This document shows positions 10,470 to 22,026 of a DNA stretch of 64,000 nucleotides, piece by piece. Both the position numbers and the translations under genes were made by a program. The number at the start of each line of letters is the position of its first letter. The first letter of the stretch is position 1. Location: contig OZ024741.1 in assembly GCA_964016885.1 (NCBI GenBank), positions 186,310,001 to 186,374,000 on the forward strand. The letters run 5' to 3'. The DNA is from Eledone cirrhosa (taxonomy: Eukaryota). A model generated the notes under the pieces. That model did not search any database. It was not told where the DNA came from and worked only from the letters and a program-made list of their open reading frames with translations.

Positions 10470-12175
10470 ACGATTATTTAACCAATTAATTCTGCTTTTG
10501 TGAAATCCACCCAATCAAATCTATGTTTTGTAATATTTAACTAAATGAATTCATTCTCGTGATTTACCAAATAAATTTGTATTAGTGAGATTGGCCAAAA
10601 TAATTCTGTTATTTTGCCCTGTTGGCCATTCAACCAATTAATTCTACATTGCGTATACGAAATAAACTGTGTATTTTGTGCGATTTACCAAATGAATTCT
10701 AAGTTTCGAAGGCCTCATTAATATAATTGTACATTCTTCTTAAAGACTTGTGTAACTGAACAAATTAATTTTTCAAATAATATGATTACTAAAGAAATTT
10801 TACATTTTCCCGATTGAACGATTCGCTAAATAATTCTGCGTTTTGTGCAATTGACCAAATAATCTTATATTTTGTATGACTGAGCAAATTCATATCCAGT
10901 TTCGTATGCTTGAATGATTGGCTAAATGACTCGGTATTTTGTACAATTAACCAATTTGATTATACATCTGCTATGATGGACGCATTGATGGACAAGCGAC
11001 TATAAATTTCATAACACAATGACGAGTTTCTTGGTTCGATCCTTCTTCATATCATTTTGTGCAATGTTTCTTTTACTATAATTTCGTCTCAGTCGAAACG
11101 CTGGGAATCGCCCCTGGATGGATTTACCTGCACGTCAAACATCCAGCTTCGAATCATACTGTGAGACATTGAAGATTATATTAAATTTACGCAAGCCGGT
11201 GGAATACTCATCCAATTGCATGTTAATGTAACGAATAGGATTTTATTTGATCGAACAACTGAATGATCATCGTCAAATCGGCGAAGGATACATCAGATTG
11301 TTTATGACTTGAATTCTATATTTTCTGTGATTGACCAAAGTAAGGTTGCATTTTGAACGATTGATCTATTGTGTTAGTCAATTTTGCATTTTGATTCTAC
11401 AGGGTGGGCTAGAATTCAATACTCACTTGATTATGTATAGATCTATTAACACAAAATGTTATAAAACAAGTTAAGGAATATAATACCATATGCAGGCATA
11501 AGATCGTGAACAATATACGGTAAGCACACAAATGTACACATTTAATTAATGCACTGCTTAGTTAAATCGGTTTTCCATTTCGTGTTCAACCTGGCCTCTT
11601 TCAACACAGGCTTGCAACCTGATTGAAACATTTTGACATGTTTTACGACACATGTCTACCGGGATTGCTTCACATTCTTGATAATAACTTGTTTAAGATG
11701 TTCAAGACTGTTAATCTTGTGACAAAAGACACGTTTTTTTTAAATAACCCCACAAATGAAGTTTGGTGGAGTTAAATTAGGTGAGAGAGACGGCCACTCC
11801 AACAATCAAGAAAAAGAAATAAAATAATGAATTAAAACAGTACAATAACGATAAAATAAGCCTGTTAAGAAATATAACTAACAAGTGAGTCAAGAATTTT
11901 TCCTAAGAGTGACCAAACAAATTTTATACTTGTTAACATTAGCTAAATTATTAAAATGATATGTCCGTAAATTTGAAAAGACACCAAAGCGCTGGTTTAA
12001 TTTAAGTTTAGGTGTTAACCAATTGATTAATTAAGTCTGCATTTTGTACGAGTGACCAAATGAATTTTGCATTCGCAACAACTAACCAAATTAATTCAGC
12101 ATTTTTACGAATGACCAAATTAGTTCAGCCATATACGCGATTCATCAATTAAATTTTGTATTCAAATGATTGAAA
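10470..12175. repeat. Degenerate ~30-bp minisatellite interrupted by a SINE and a Tc1 relic
   Basis: Recurring ttgtgcgattgaccaaattaattctgcatt-like units at about 10470-10970, 11310-11395 and 12010-12175. Confidence 0.55.
11400..11800 (-). mobile_element. Tc1/mariner-superfamily 3' fragment
   Basis: Minus strand reads EWPSLSPNLTPPNF/LWGYLK..VFCHKINSLEHLKQ..ECEAIPVDMCRKTCQNVSIRLQACVERG. The terminus is TA|CAGGGTGG at 11398. Confidence 0.75.
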
Positions 12176-12396
12176 ACACGTTGCGATATCAATTAGGTTT
12201 ACGGCAACGAAATGAGAAAAAGAAAGAAAATGTGAATTAGAATGAAAGAGAGAAGCAGCAGGGATGTCATTTTAGGTTATTTCACACTGACAAGACAATT
12301 GTTAGGGAGGCGTAAGCTTGATTTGGTATTTGGAGCTGCGTGTAAGAAAACATAAAGCGCTCCTTTTCCTTTATGTAGTTTAAAGAAACTTTTAAA

Positions 12397-12436
<40 letters not shown>

Positions 12437-12441
<5 letters not shown>

Positions 12442-12981
12442 AAGTATATATCCCTACACGCAAAAAGCGTCTAGGGACACATGTATTGTCCAACCATATG
12501 CCAATGTGGTTCAATAGCAGATTAATAAATTAACGAGCCAAAACATATATAATCAAGGTTTAGCAAATAAGAAAAAGTTTCAAAATAAATTTTAAAAAAT
12601 TTACTGTACTCACTATGGTTACCTTTACCGTCGAGATAAAATTTGGTCGTTCTGACTGCTGCTAGTTATAGTGGTAGTAGACTGACCTTCCTGCCTCTGC
12701 TTCTATCTTTACACAGGGCACTGGACGGAATTGCTTCCACATCATTCATTCTCATCTCGGGAACAATTTTGAATAGCGCCAGTTCGTAATTTGAACTCGG
12801 GAATTTTATATTCTCCGAGTGAAAAGATCCTTCTGACGAGAGTTTATCTTTGCAATGGAAGGCCGCAAGGACTGTCCATTTATTTTTGAGACTCGAAACC
12901 GATTCGGTAAAGGTAACCATAGTGAGTACAGTGAATTTTTTAAAATTTATTTTGAAACTTTTTCTTATTTGCTAAACCTTG

Positions 12982-12990
<9 letters not shown>
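12437..12990. mobile_element. Foldback PLE-type non-coding element related to 518-1442
   Basis: 12545-12630 is the inverse of 12905-12990. It is homologous to the 518 unit and has (TA)n on both sides. Confidence 0.8.
12829..12913 (+). ncRNA. Canonical-core type I hammerhead with extended helix II
   Basis: cctt CTGACGA gagttt ..aatgga..tccatt.. agactc GAAA ccg att cgg TA aagg. Confidence 0.85.
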
Positions 12991-13046
<56 letters not shown>

Positions 13047-13048
<2 letters not shown>

Positions 13049-13271
13049 ATAATAATAAAGTTGAAGACTAAAATCCAAAGAGGGCTCGATAAGGATAAAT
13101 ATATATCAAATATATAAGAACCGTAGAGCAAATATTTATTAAAATAACAGATTAAAGTTTAAGCAAAGAATTGCTGCTTTCATCCTTAACGGGATCTTCT
13201 TCAGAAGATCCCGTTAAGGGTGAAAGCACCAATTCTTTGCTTAAACTTTAATCTGTTATTTTAATAAATAT
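13047..13271. mobile_element. Foldback PLE-type fragment; the inversion cuts through a hammerhead-like core
   Basis: 13133-13200 and 13203-13271 form an inverted repeat, with gaaga-tcccgttaagggt-GAAA at the centre. The left arm has about 85 bp extra. Confidence 0.6.
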
Positions 13272-13299
13272 ATATATATATCTCACACACACATACACA

Positions 13300-13417
<118 letters not shown>

Positions 13418-13884
13418 CTTTGTATACATATATATAAATACCGGGAAGACATCAGGTAAAACTAGGCAGGAAGATGCGGAAAAAAAAGAATGTATTGTGT
13501 GTTCCACCTTTAATATGTTTCTGTACAATTACGTAACAGTCTACAAACACTGACTACATTATATAATGTTCATTCGTATCTGAATCGCTTATATTCTTAA
13601 TTGTGGGTACTGCATTTCCGCAAAAAGTACTCCTTACAGCTGGCAAAGCTTTATATATACATATATATAGATAGATAGATAGATAGATATGTTTCTTTAT
13701 TAGCCACAGGGGCACAAAAGAAGGGGACAAATACAAAGGGGGAAGTTTACATACAATAAAAACGTGTAAAATATTATCACAAATCCAATTTGAAAATTAG
13801 TCGATTTTCCCCAATAGGGGGAGACATTACATATGGGTAATACATACCCCGAAAAAATGTGCAGCCCTCATCTCCAGGAGATAT

Positions 13885-16800
13885 ACAGGCTGATATAGAG
13901 AGAAGGCCCATACACTCGGGCCATTCTCGCCACTTTCACTCACCTTTCATAAAACTTGCTGGGGTACAGCACCTCTCTCTCCATCCTGATTCTTCTACCA
14001 AACTGGTATTTGAAAAAAAGAATCAGTTGTTGGCCGGAGAGAAATGTGTCTGACCTCAGCCCTTTCAACCTCGTCTAAAATAAATCCTCTTTTGCCATAG
14101 CTATCACACAGAGGAAAACCGCCTCTACTTCGTCTTTGAAGGAGGGAGGCGGTTTGATCGTGACAATATACTCGGTGGTCAACCGTATTGGTCCCACCCG
14201 CGACAGTAGTCGTTCCACATAGCCCCACAGGTCAGCAACGCCCGGGCAGTGTACGAATTCGTGCGCGACGGTTTTCTCGTCATGCACGCATCTCGGACAG
14301 ATCTTCTTCGAGGGGTCCCTACCCGGGCTCCCCTGTCTGTAGAGCTTGTCCTGAACGGGTAGAGCTCCTCGGTAGTACTGCCAAGCCAGGGACTTTTGAA
14401 AGTTGTCCATCGGTCCCGGGCCAAACGTCCTTCCGAACAGACTGGCTAGCTCGTCTTCCTCCATGCCCAGAGCCTCTCCGAGAACGTCGTCGCACTTGCT
14501 GCGCACCAACCCTCTATAAAATGTTGAGGTTAAGTCTCCACTGATTGCCGGATCCGCTTGCCAGAGGGCCGTGAGCGCCTGGGCACATTCAATATGCCAG
14601 TCGCCCACTTTTCTCGGTCTTTGCTTGACCCAGGATTGCAGCTCGGTGGGTGAGACGAGTCTTGGAAAGGCTCGCCTCACAAAAGGGGCCCACACCGGCT
14701 GACTGGTGAGGAATACCTGGAAGTGCCGTAGCTTTAATGCGTGTCTACGCATCGTCAGCCATGGCATCCCCAGCCCTCCGTTCGAAGGGTGTTGACAGCA
14801 GATGGATCTCCTTACCAAAGTGGCCTGATTCTTCCAAAGGAATCGGAAGAGCGCGCGCTCCATTTTGGCGAGCGTTTTCGTTGGGCAAGGCACGACGGTC
14901 AAGCGGTAGAAGATGACGGACGCTATATAAGTGTCCGCCAACTCCGTTCGACCTTTCAGGGATAGTTTGCACTCGGCCCACTTCTGGGCGAGGGCAAACA
15001 CCGTACCCCTTACCTCATCCCAGTTTTTCTCCACCTGGAGGTGTGGTCCGAACCAAACCCCGGGAAGCTTCACCGGTCCCTCCGTCCAGCGTCCGACGAC
15101 GCCGTCGGAGGGCATCGGTTTGCCTCTCTACGCTCAGAGAGTTGCAAACCGACAGACTTGTCCCGGTTCAGCTTGGCTCCTGTCAAACTTTCGTATTCCT
15201 CCGATAAGGTGCCGATCTGCCCGATTTCCGAGGCGCACGACACGATTACTGTCACGTCACCGGCGTAGGCCGACACCGCTTTCCGCAATCCCAGTTCGAA
15301 GGGATTCCCTGCAACAGATCCAACTTCCGCAGTAGTAGCTCGAGAGCCAGCAAATACAGAAGGGAGGAGAGAGGGCATCCCTGCAGGATGGATCGCGCGA
15401 TTTGGAACGGCTCCGAGAGATAGCCTTTCACCTTGACCCTCGAGCAGGTGTTGCTGCTGTCCATTGCAGCAATACAGCTCTTGAAAATGGTTCCGAAGCC
15501 TGCCGCCGCGAGCACCGTATCCAGGTACCGATGGTCGACCCTATCGAACGCCTTAGATTGGACCAAGTTGATCAGGGCCCCACCAAAGCCGAGTTCGTTC
15601 CCTACCCTCTCTAAGATGTATCGCATGAGGTGTTGGTTGTCGTGTATGGACATGGACGGGATTGCGCATGTCTGCGCTAACACCTTGGCCAAAATCTTTA
15701 ACTCTGTGTTTAGTAGAGTTATGGGCCTGAAGTTATCTATGTCATCCCCCTTGTGCTTGTCCTTCCTCACCAGCGTGACTACGCCCTTGGTCACAGAACT
15801 GCGAATTCTCCCGTCCTGTTGCCAGTTGCAGTAGACCGCATCGAGGAGATCGGAGAACAAGTCCGGCATCGCTACATAAAGTTCGTATGGTAAACCATCG
15901 AGACCGGGAGATTTGCATTTGCCGCATATGCTCAGCGCTTCCCCTATTTCAGCGGCTGAAATCGGCCTTTCGCTGGACTTAGCCACCTCGTCCGAGAGCC
16001 ACGGCAGACCTTCGAGGTATGGACCGAAATCCATGGCCTCACCCGGCCCGCCACCCCTCCCGAACAGTCGTGCAAAGCGCCGTTGAAAGGCCGCGCACAT
16101 CCGCTCAGGTTCAAGGATCACGTGTCCATCTTGGTCCTTCAAAGACCGAATCGCCGACTTGTTTCCACTTTTTTACTCTGTCACTCGGGCCGAGCTAACA
16201 GCTTTGTCTCCCTCGTTACCCAGAGCACGTATTTTACTCCTGACAACACAGCCGTCGTGCTTCGCGTCAAAGTACTGGTCTAGGGCCGTTCTTGACGCCA
16301 GCACGCCGGCCACGTTGCCCCTCCTAATCACCTCTTCTACTCTATCTATTAATTCCCTTTTAGTTCTATTCCTATCTGATGCTAATTCCTGACTAAAACC
16401 TATCGACTCTATTCTAATTTCTCTTTTGAGAGAGACCCACCACTTGCTGTTGACAATTGCGCCCGTCAACCGCTCCTTAACTAGATAAATAATCCGATTA
16501 CTGTAAGCTTGGTTTGTCGGTAAGGACAAGTTTAGCTTCCAGTAACCGGGTCCTTGTCTATGAGTTCTTTCAAGGTTGAACACTCCGGTCACCAACTTGT
16601 GATCCGAATAGTCTACCATGAACATTCGTGGACAGCGTAATATGTCCCTATCCTTATTTCTAACTAGGAACCACCTAGGTACGACCTAGATTTCCGCTAT
16701 GATTAGTCCTCGTCCACAGTGGCACAGTCGGAAAATCTAGTCGATATCTATCGGCCAGATCAAATCGGCCAATTAACCCTTTGAGGCTGTTACACCCCCC

Positions 16801-17277
16801 TCTATCGGGACATGCCCCTACATAGTCCCAACGTGCATCCAGGATACCATTCCAGTCCCCCACTAAAAGCAGGGAGCGAGACGTTCCCAGAAAAGTCTCT
16901 AGGAGTTGGAAGAATTCCGGTCGCGGTGTCCCAGATGGGGCATACGCTGCCACCAGCCTGAAGGCTCCACCTTCACTACTGCCTACGTCTAGAACCACCA
17001 GTCAACCCTCCGGGTCCAAGTGTACCTTCCGTGTTGCGAGGCCCAGGTTTTTTCGCAGCAGAACGACAACCCCTCCCCCACCCCCCGGCTGACAGAGAGA
17101 TGCATAGATCTCAAAGTCGTCGAAGATGGGGGCCAGTTGGTGCTCGATGCTCATCCTGGACTCGCAAATATATATCACATCCATTCTGTGCGACCTGAGG
17201 TCATTTAAGAGTTTGCCCTGCTTCCAGGACACCCCCAGGCCGCGCACATTTAAACATCCAACTCTTATAACAGCCAT
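13885..17277 (-). pseudogene. ORF2: APE endonuclease + reverse transcriptase + CCHC finger, disrupted
   Basis: Motifs include GCLNVRGL, ICES, GDWN, YSDHKLV, GPGYWKLN, KSPGLDGLPYELY, NFRPITLLNTELKILAK, KAFDRVDH, QGCPLS, YAGD (dead YADD) and CPRC..H...HC. There are multiple frameshifts. Confidence 0.93.
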
Positions 17278-17279
17278 GT

Positions 17280-19079
17280 TCGTGGTGAAGAGTTTAGAGT
17301 GGAGAAAAAGGAAAAGACACCTACCTGTCCTTCTCCTGGGGACCAGGCTGCACAATTTCCATTGGGGTGTCGGCGGGGTTGTTTGTTGGGGGGGGACATA
17401 AGTGTGTTGTTGGGTGGGGGTGTTTGGTGGGGGAGGGGTGTCTGAGGTGGTAGTGGTGAAACATTTCAAGAGGACGCGGTTGCTAGGTCTAGTACTGGGG
17501 TTCCCCACGTCCTCGGGAAAGTTCTGTTTAAGCATTGCGTAGGTGTCCCTTGGGACCCTAATCATTTTTAAATGCGGTTTAGTCGCTGCCGCGAAGGGTC
17601 TTTGTCTATTGTTTGCACAAGTGTTTTGTTGTTTGTATTGATGTATGTATACTGTTTTTGTTGTGTTGTTTTTGTTTTTGTTTGGTGTTCTTGTGTGTGT
17701 TTGCGTTTTGTTGTATGTGTTATGTTTACGGGACGGGTGTTTTTTTTTGTCTGTCATGTTTGTGCTGGTTGTGTGTTTGTTGCATTTTTGTTAATGTGGA
17801 GCCTTCTTTTCTTTCTTTTTACAGGTTGAAAGGGGTCTCCCTCGTCGTCACTGGGTGACCTTGATAAGGGGTCCTCGTCCGTGTTGTTGGGGAGGGGTAT
17901 ATTTGGGAGTTTTGTTGTGGTTGCTTTTGTATTTGTTTTATGTGGGGAGGGGTTGGGTGGTACAGTGTCTTGTGTTGTTATTTTTCGTGTTGTTGTGGTG
18001 GTGGTGGTGGTGGTGGTGGTGGTGGTGGTTGTGTTGTTGTGTGTGGGGTGGCAGAAGTGTCTTTTTGGGGGGGTGCATTTAAAAGGGGACAGGAAGCCCT
18101 CAGGTGACCACTTCTTGAACCGTGGTAGCATGCCCTCAACAGAAATATTTATGAAGGCGTCTCCATCCAGGGACACACGCTGCCGTATTCTTGCTATCCG
18201 TTCTGGTCTCATTTGGACAAGGCTATTGCCGCCGAATACGCCCCCGGTGGATTCGCCTATCGAAAGGATTGTGTCTTCATCTTCTAAGAATCCCGTTAGG
18301 ACCCACCAAATGCTTGCATATGGCCTGATGCCCGAGATTCTTATCTTTTGAGTTCTTTTCCCCAAATATGTGGGGAAAAAGGTGTATACTTTGGATACAA
18401 TTGGCGACACAGAATATTTCCGTGCCGCCTATTCATCTTGCATTAAAACAGATATGCTTCCATACAGTTTCCCTTTCTGTATGAAAACGATATCCTTCCA
18501 GGCACTACTTAGAACCATCTCAATTTCGCTTTGGGACAATTGAGCCGGTTTCCTAGTCGTGTTCGAAACTGTCCTAAAGATTACGGTCCCGAGGACTGTG
18601 TTCCTTCTAATTTCTTCGAGGGAGGTAATTGTGAATTCCCCACTTCCCCGAAATTTACACAATTCCTTGCTTCTTTCAGCAATTTATTAGCATTCGAGAT
18701 GTCCAGTGCCTTGTATATCTGCGTTTCTCGAACCGCTTGTGCGAAGGAGACTGCAGCTGTGGGTCCGTTTTCTTTCGTGTTGTTATCATTGTTGTTGTTG
18801 TTATTCGTGTTGCCTTGCTTTTTTCCTTTGTTGGTGTTGTCATTATTGCTGTTGTTATTGTCATTGTTTCTGTTGTTGGTTGTGTTGTTATTGTCATTGT
18901 TGTTCTTGTTTGTGTAATTGTTACTTTTGGGGTTTTCACCCATTTCCACAATTTTTTTCTTTTGATTCCGTGGTGTCTTTTGCGGGAGTGAGAAGGGAAG
19001 GCTTACAGCGTTGTGCTGCTATCTTCTCTGTATCACTTTCATTGGGGGGCGTGGCATGCGTCGTATTAATGGCGTCCAT
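17280..19079 (-). pseudogene. ORF1 (nucleic-acid-binding, Asn/Thr low-complexity), disrupted
   Basis: Lies upstream of ORF2. Fragments include VSFAQAVRE, FFPTYLGKRTQKIRISGI and FQPVKRKKRR. Confidence 0.75.
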
Positions 19080-19570
19080 TGTCACTAAACGCCTTTTTAT
19101 CTACAACTTATAACTATTAAATTTCGCCCCAAAAAGTGGCGAAATTTATTTTACCCAACGTCTGCAGGCTCACGCGAGGAGTTACACACAACAAATAACA
19201 AATTGCTTAAAAAGACCTACCGCTTCTCGTAATAAATTCCGACAAAATGCAGGAGCGAAACAAAAACACGTCTATCTTCTTCGAGATAGATAGATAGATA
19301 TAAAGGGTAAAGACCTCATTCGGTCACAAATGACCATGGGATTTACACCTAGGAAGTTCCCCTCCGGTAGCACGAAGACAGAGTTTAAACATAATAGAGG
19401 TGTATATGAAAAATATATAAGCATATATAATACGTTTATATACAATACATATATGGGTAGACTCGCTGCCAGAGAAAAATATTTTTTTGTAATGAAACGA
19501 AACGAAAAAAATTGTTTCTCTCTATTTACCTCGGCTAATGTATCACCGAGTTGCCAATATGTTCTGAGAA

Positions 19571-19617
19571 TGTCAGACAGCACTGTTTCAAGATTTGTTA
19601 ACTTTTCACCGGTGAAA
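19571..19617 (-). ncRNA. Decayed minimal hammerhead (two core transitions)
   Basis: tttca CCGGTGA aaag ttaacaaat ctt GAAA cag tg ctg TC tgaca. Confidence 0.45.
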
Positions 19618-19895
19618 CTCGCTCAAACCGTACTGGCTTGAAATACACTATAGTCTGCATAGAATTTTGCATGATGTTCATTCGTTGGAGATGCTCATTT
19701 GCATAAAGCAAATAGAAAATATCAGCTGGAAAAGGTCATTTGCATATAGTGCCAGGTTGGCTGGTTATATTTAATTGGCAGTAGAACTAAGACAGCGTTT
19801 GAGCGTAATAGATGTAATATAAAAACACACATGCACAGGCGCACACTCACAGATACATATATATGGGGGGGGGGGGGGTATCTTGGTAGGTAAAT

Positions 19896-19935
<40 letters not shown>

Positions 19936-19959
19936 AAATAGAAACATACATACATACAT

Positions 19960-20567
19960 GGTGGCTGCCAACTCGTTTTCGAGTACGGCCACTACTTTAT
20001 ATACATGTAGGAGAACCCCTACCGATGCGCTGAACGAATGTGACTTTTTATTCCAGCCAGCGACTTGAAAACTCTGGTACAAACACTACACTTGTGACAA
20101 TTATTGACACATAGTGCTGGGCCCATGGTACCATGTGACGACAAGTGCAGAGAGATCTCCAGATATAAAGCAATGCCTGTGCCGTGAAGCTTTTATAGTG
20201 AGCAAAGGCACTGCACAAAGCCAGTCCCACTCTCTTAACCAAGATGATATTTACCAAAAAGAAGAACAAGTCAACATCATTGGATACCATCAGGGTTGCA
20301 GGTGTTATATCAGAGTTTTCCTTCTCCTAGAATTCTGCCTTGACAAAGGCTAAGGGGTCATCTCTCCCGGTGATTTTTGGATGGCCATTGACTCTTAAGA
20401 GCTCCTTTGCCCTTTGACAGGTTTTGTTTTTAGTCCTGCAGGATGTCCAAAGTCACCCTCCTCACCAAGAAACCTTGGTGGGGTTGCCAGTTTAGTCGCC
20501 AACGACCCGACCATGGGACAGGTTGTACTGGGATACATGTTACCAGTAGCACCAACTGGTGACCTGA
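19960..20567 (-). mobile_element. Probable RTE-type LINE 5'-region-derived element in (CATA)n
   Basis: Contains ggcagaattctaggagaaggaaaactctga, a motif I recall from RTE-type 5' regions. The 5' end is highly structured and both flanks are (CATA)n. Confidence 0.45.
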
Positions 20568-20593
20568 CATACATACATACATACATACATACA

Positions 20594-20626
<33 letters not shown>

Positions 20627-21073
20627 GCATATATACATAATGGGTGCGTTTCAATTTCGAGAATTGCTATTCCATGATCTTTTCCTCATATATATTTGTT
20701 ACGTACATAAGTGTTTAGCCCACCATGGACTTAGATTCCTTTCTGCATATGCTGGATAAAAATAAATGCCCATGCCCACGCAACACATGTCAAAGTCATT
20801 TAAATCAATAGACGCCTCTGTCTAAAGATTTGTTTAATGAAATCACAACGGTGATAGGTATCCAAAAAGAAAGAGTTCAACATCATTGGCTGACATAGAG
20901 TCGCAGGTTTTACATGAAAGTTCTCCTCCTAGAAAAATGACACAAGAACTAAGGATCTCTTATTGTCGGCAGTATAACCGCGCGCTCAGACACCAAACCG
21001 AGTATTTCAAAGTCTCTGCGCATCCATACATTCATACATACACACATACGCACATATGGACATATATACATAG

Positions 21074-21365
21074 AGTTTACAAATCCAGTATCCAAGATAC
21101 ACCTTTAGCTTCATACACATCATTATTGGAGCTACGGGTTATATACCAACCGGCTTGGACCAAAGTATGACTGAACTTGGATTTGCGGACAAAGAGCGCA
21201 GCTCCCTAATTCATAGTCTACAAATGGCTGCGATAGCTGGCACCTTCAAAATTTGCAAAACATCTTGCGATTCAAGGGATGACAATTTCTTTTCTTTTAC
21301 AACCTTGCCACCAGGAAGGTGGCCGGTCAAAAAAATATACTCGAAATTAAGAGAAAAAGATAAAC
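21074..21365 (+). mobile_element. 3' fragment of an RLE-type (R4/Dong-like) non-LTR retrotransposon
   Basis: Reads SLQIQYPRYTFSFIHIIIGATGYIPTGL..ELGFADKERSSLIHSLQMAAIAGTFKICKT and is embedded in (CATA)n. Confidence 0.7.
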
Positions 21366-22026
21366 ATATATATACATACATACATACATACATACATACA
21401 TACATACATACAGACATACATTTATACATAGATACCTTCATACATTCATACATACGCACATACATACATATATATACATACATAGGCACATACGCACATA
21501 CATACATATATACATACATACATTTATACATAGATACCTACAAACATCCATACATGCATACATATATATATACATACATACATACATAGATACATACATA
21601 TGCACGTACATACATATATTTATACATAGTTATATGTAAGGATTTATATGAAGAATTAAAAGAAATCATACTGAAAATGCAGGAGAAATGTTTGAAGATG
21701 AAAGGATGTTATTGTATAAAGAGAGAGACAATTGATCTTAATAAATCTTTCTGGAAATGAAATGAAAAGTAACATAAATTTAACATTACAATTATGTATG
21801 TTGGTGGGTGCGTCTCGGTGAGTGGTAATGCGTGTGTGCGTCTGGAAGGGTTGAAAGAGTACAAATATTTGGAGATTAAAGAGATGAACTGTGGGATAGA
21901 AACCCGAGAAGTGATAATTCTAATCGGTGGAAATGTAAAAGTTGAAGAAAAGTGAATATATGTGTGTGTGTGTGTGTTTGCGTGTATCTATATATCTGTC
22001 TGATTATTTATCTATATATACACACA

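Larger units (their letters stand above)
13691..19283 (-). mobile_element. Full-length (~5.6 kb) degenerate Tx1/L1-clade non-LTR retrotransposon
   Basis: Contains a 5'UTR, ORF1, ORF2 (APE-RT-zinc finger) and a 3'UTR ending aataaagaaac. (AGAT)n lies on both flanks. Confidence 0.93.
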
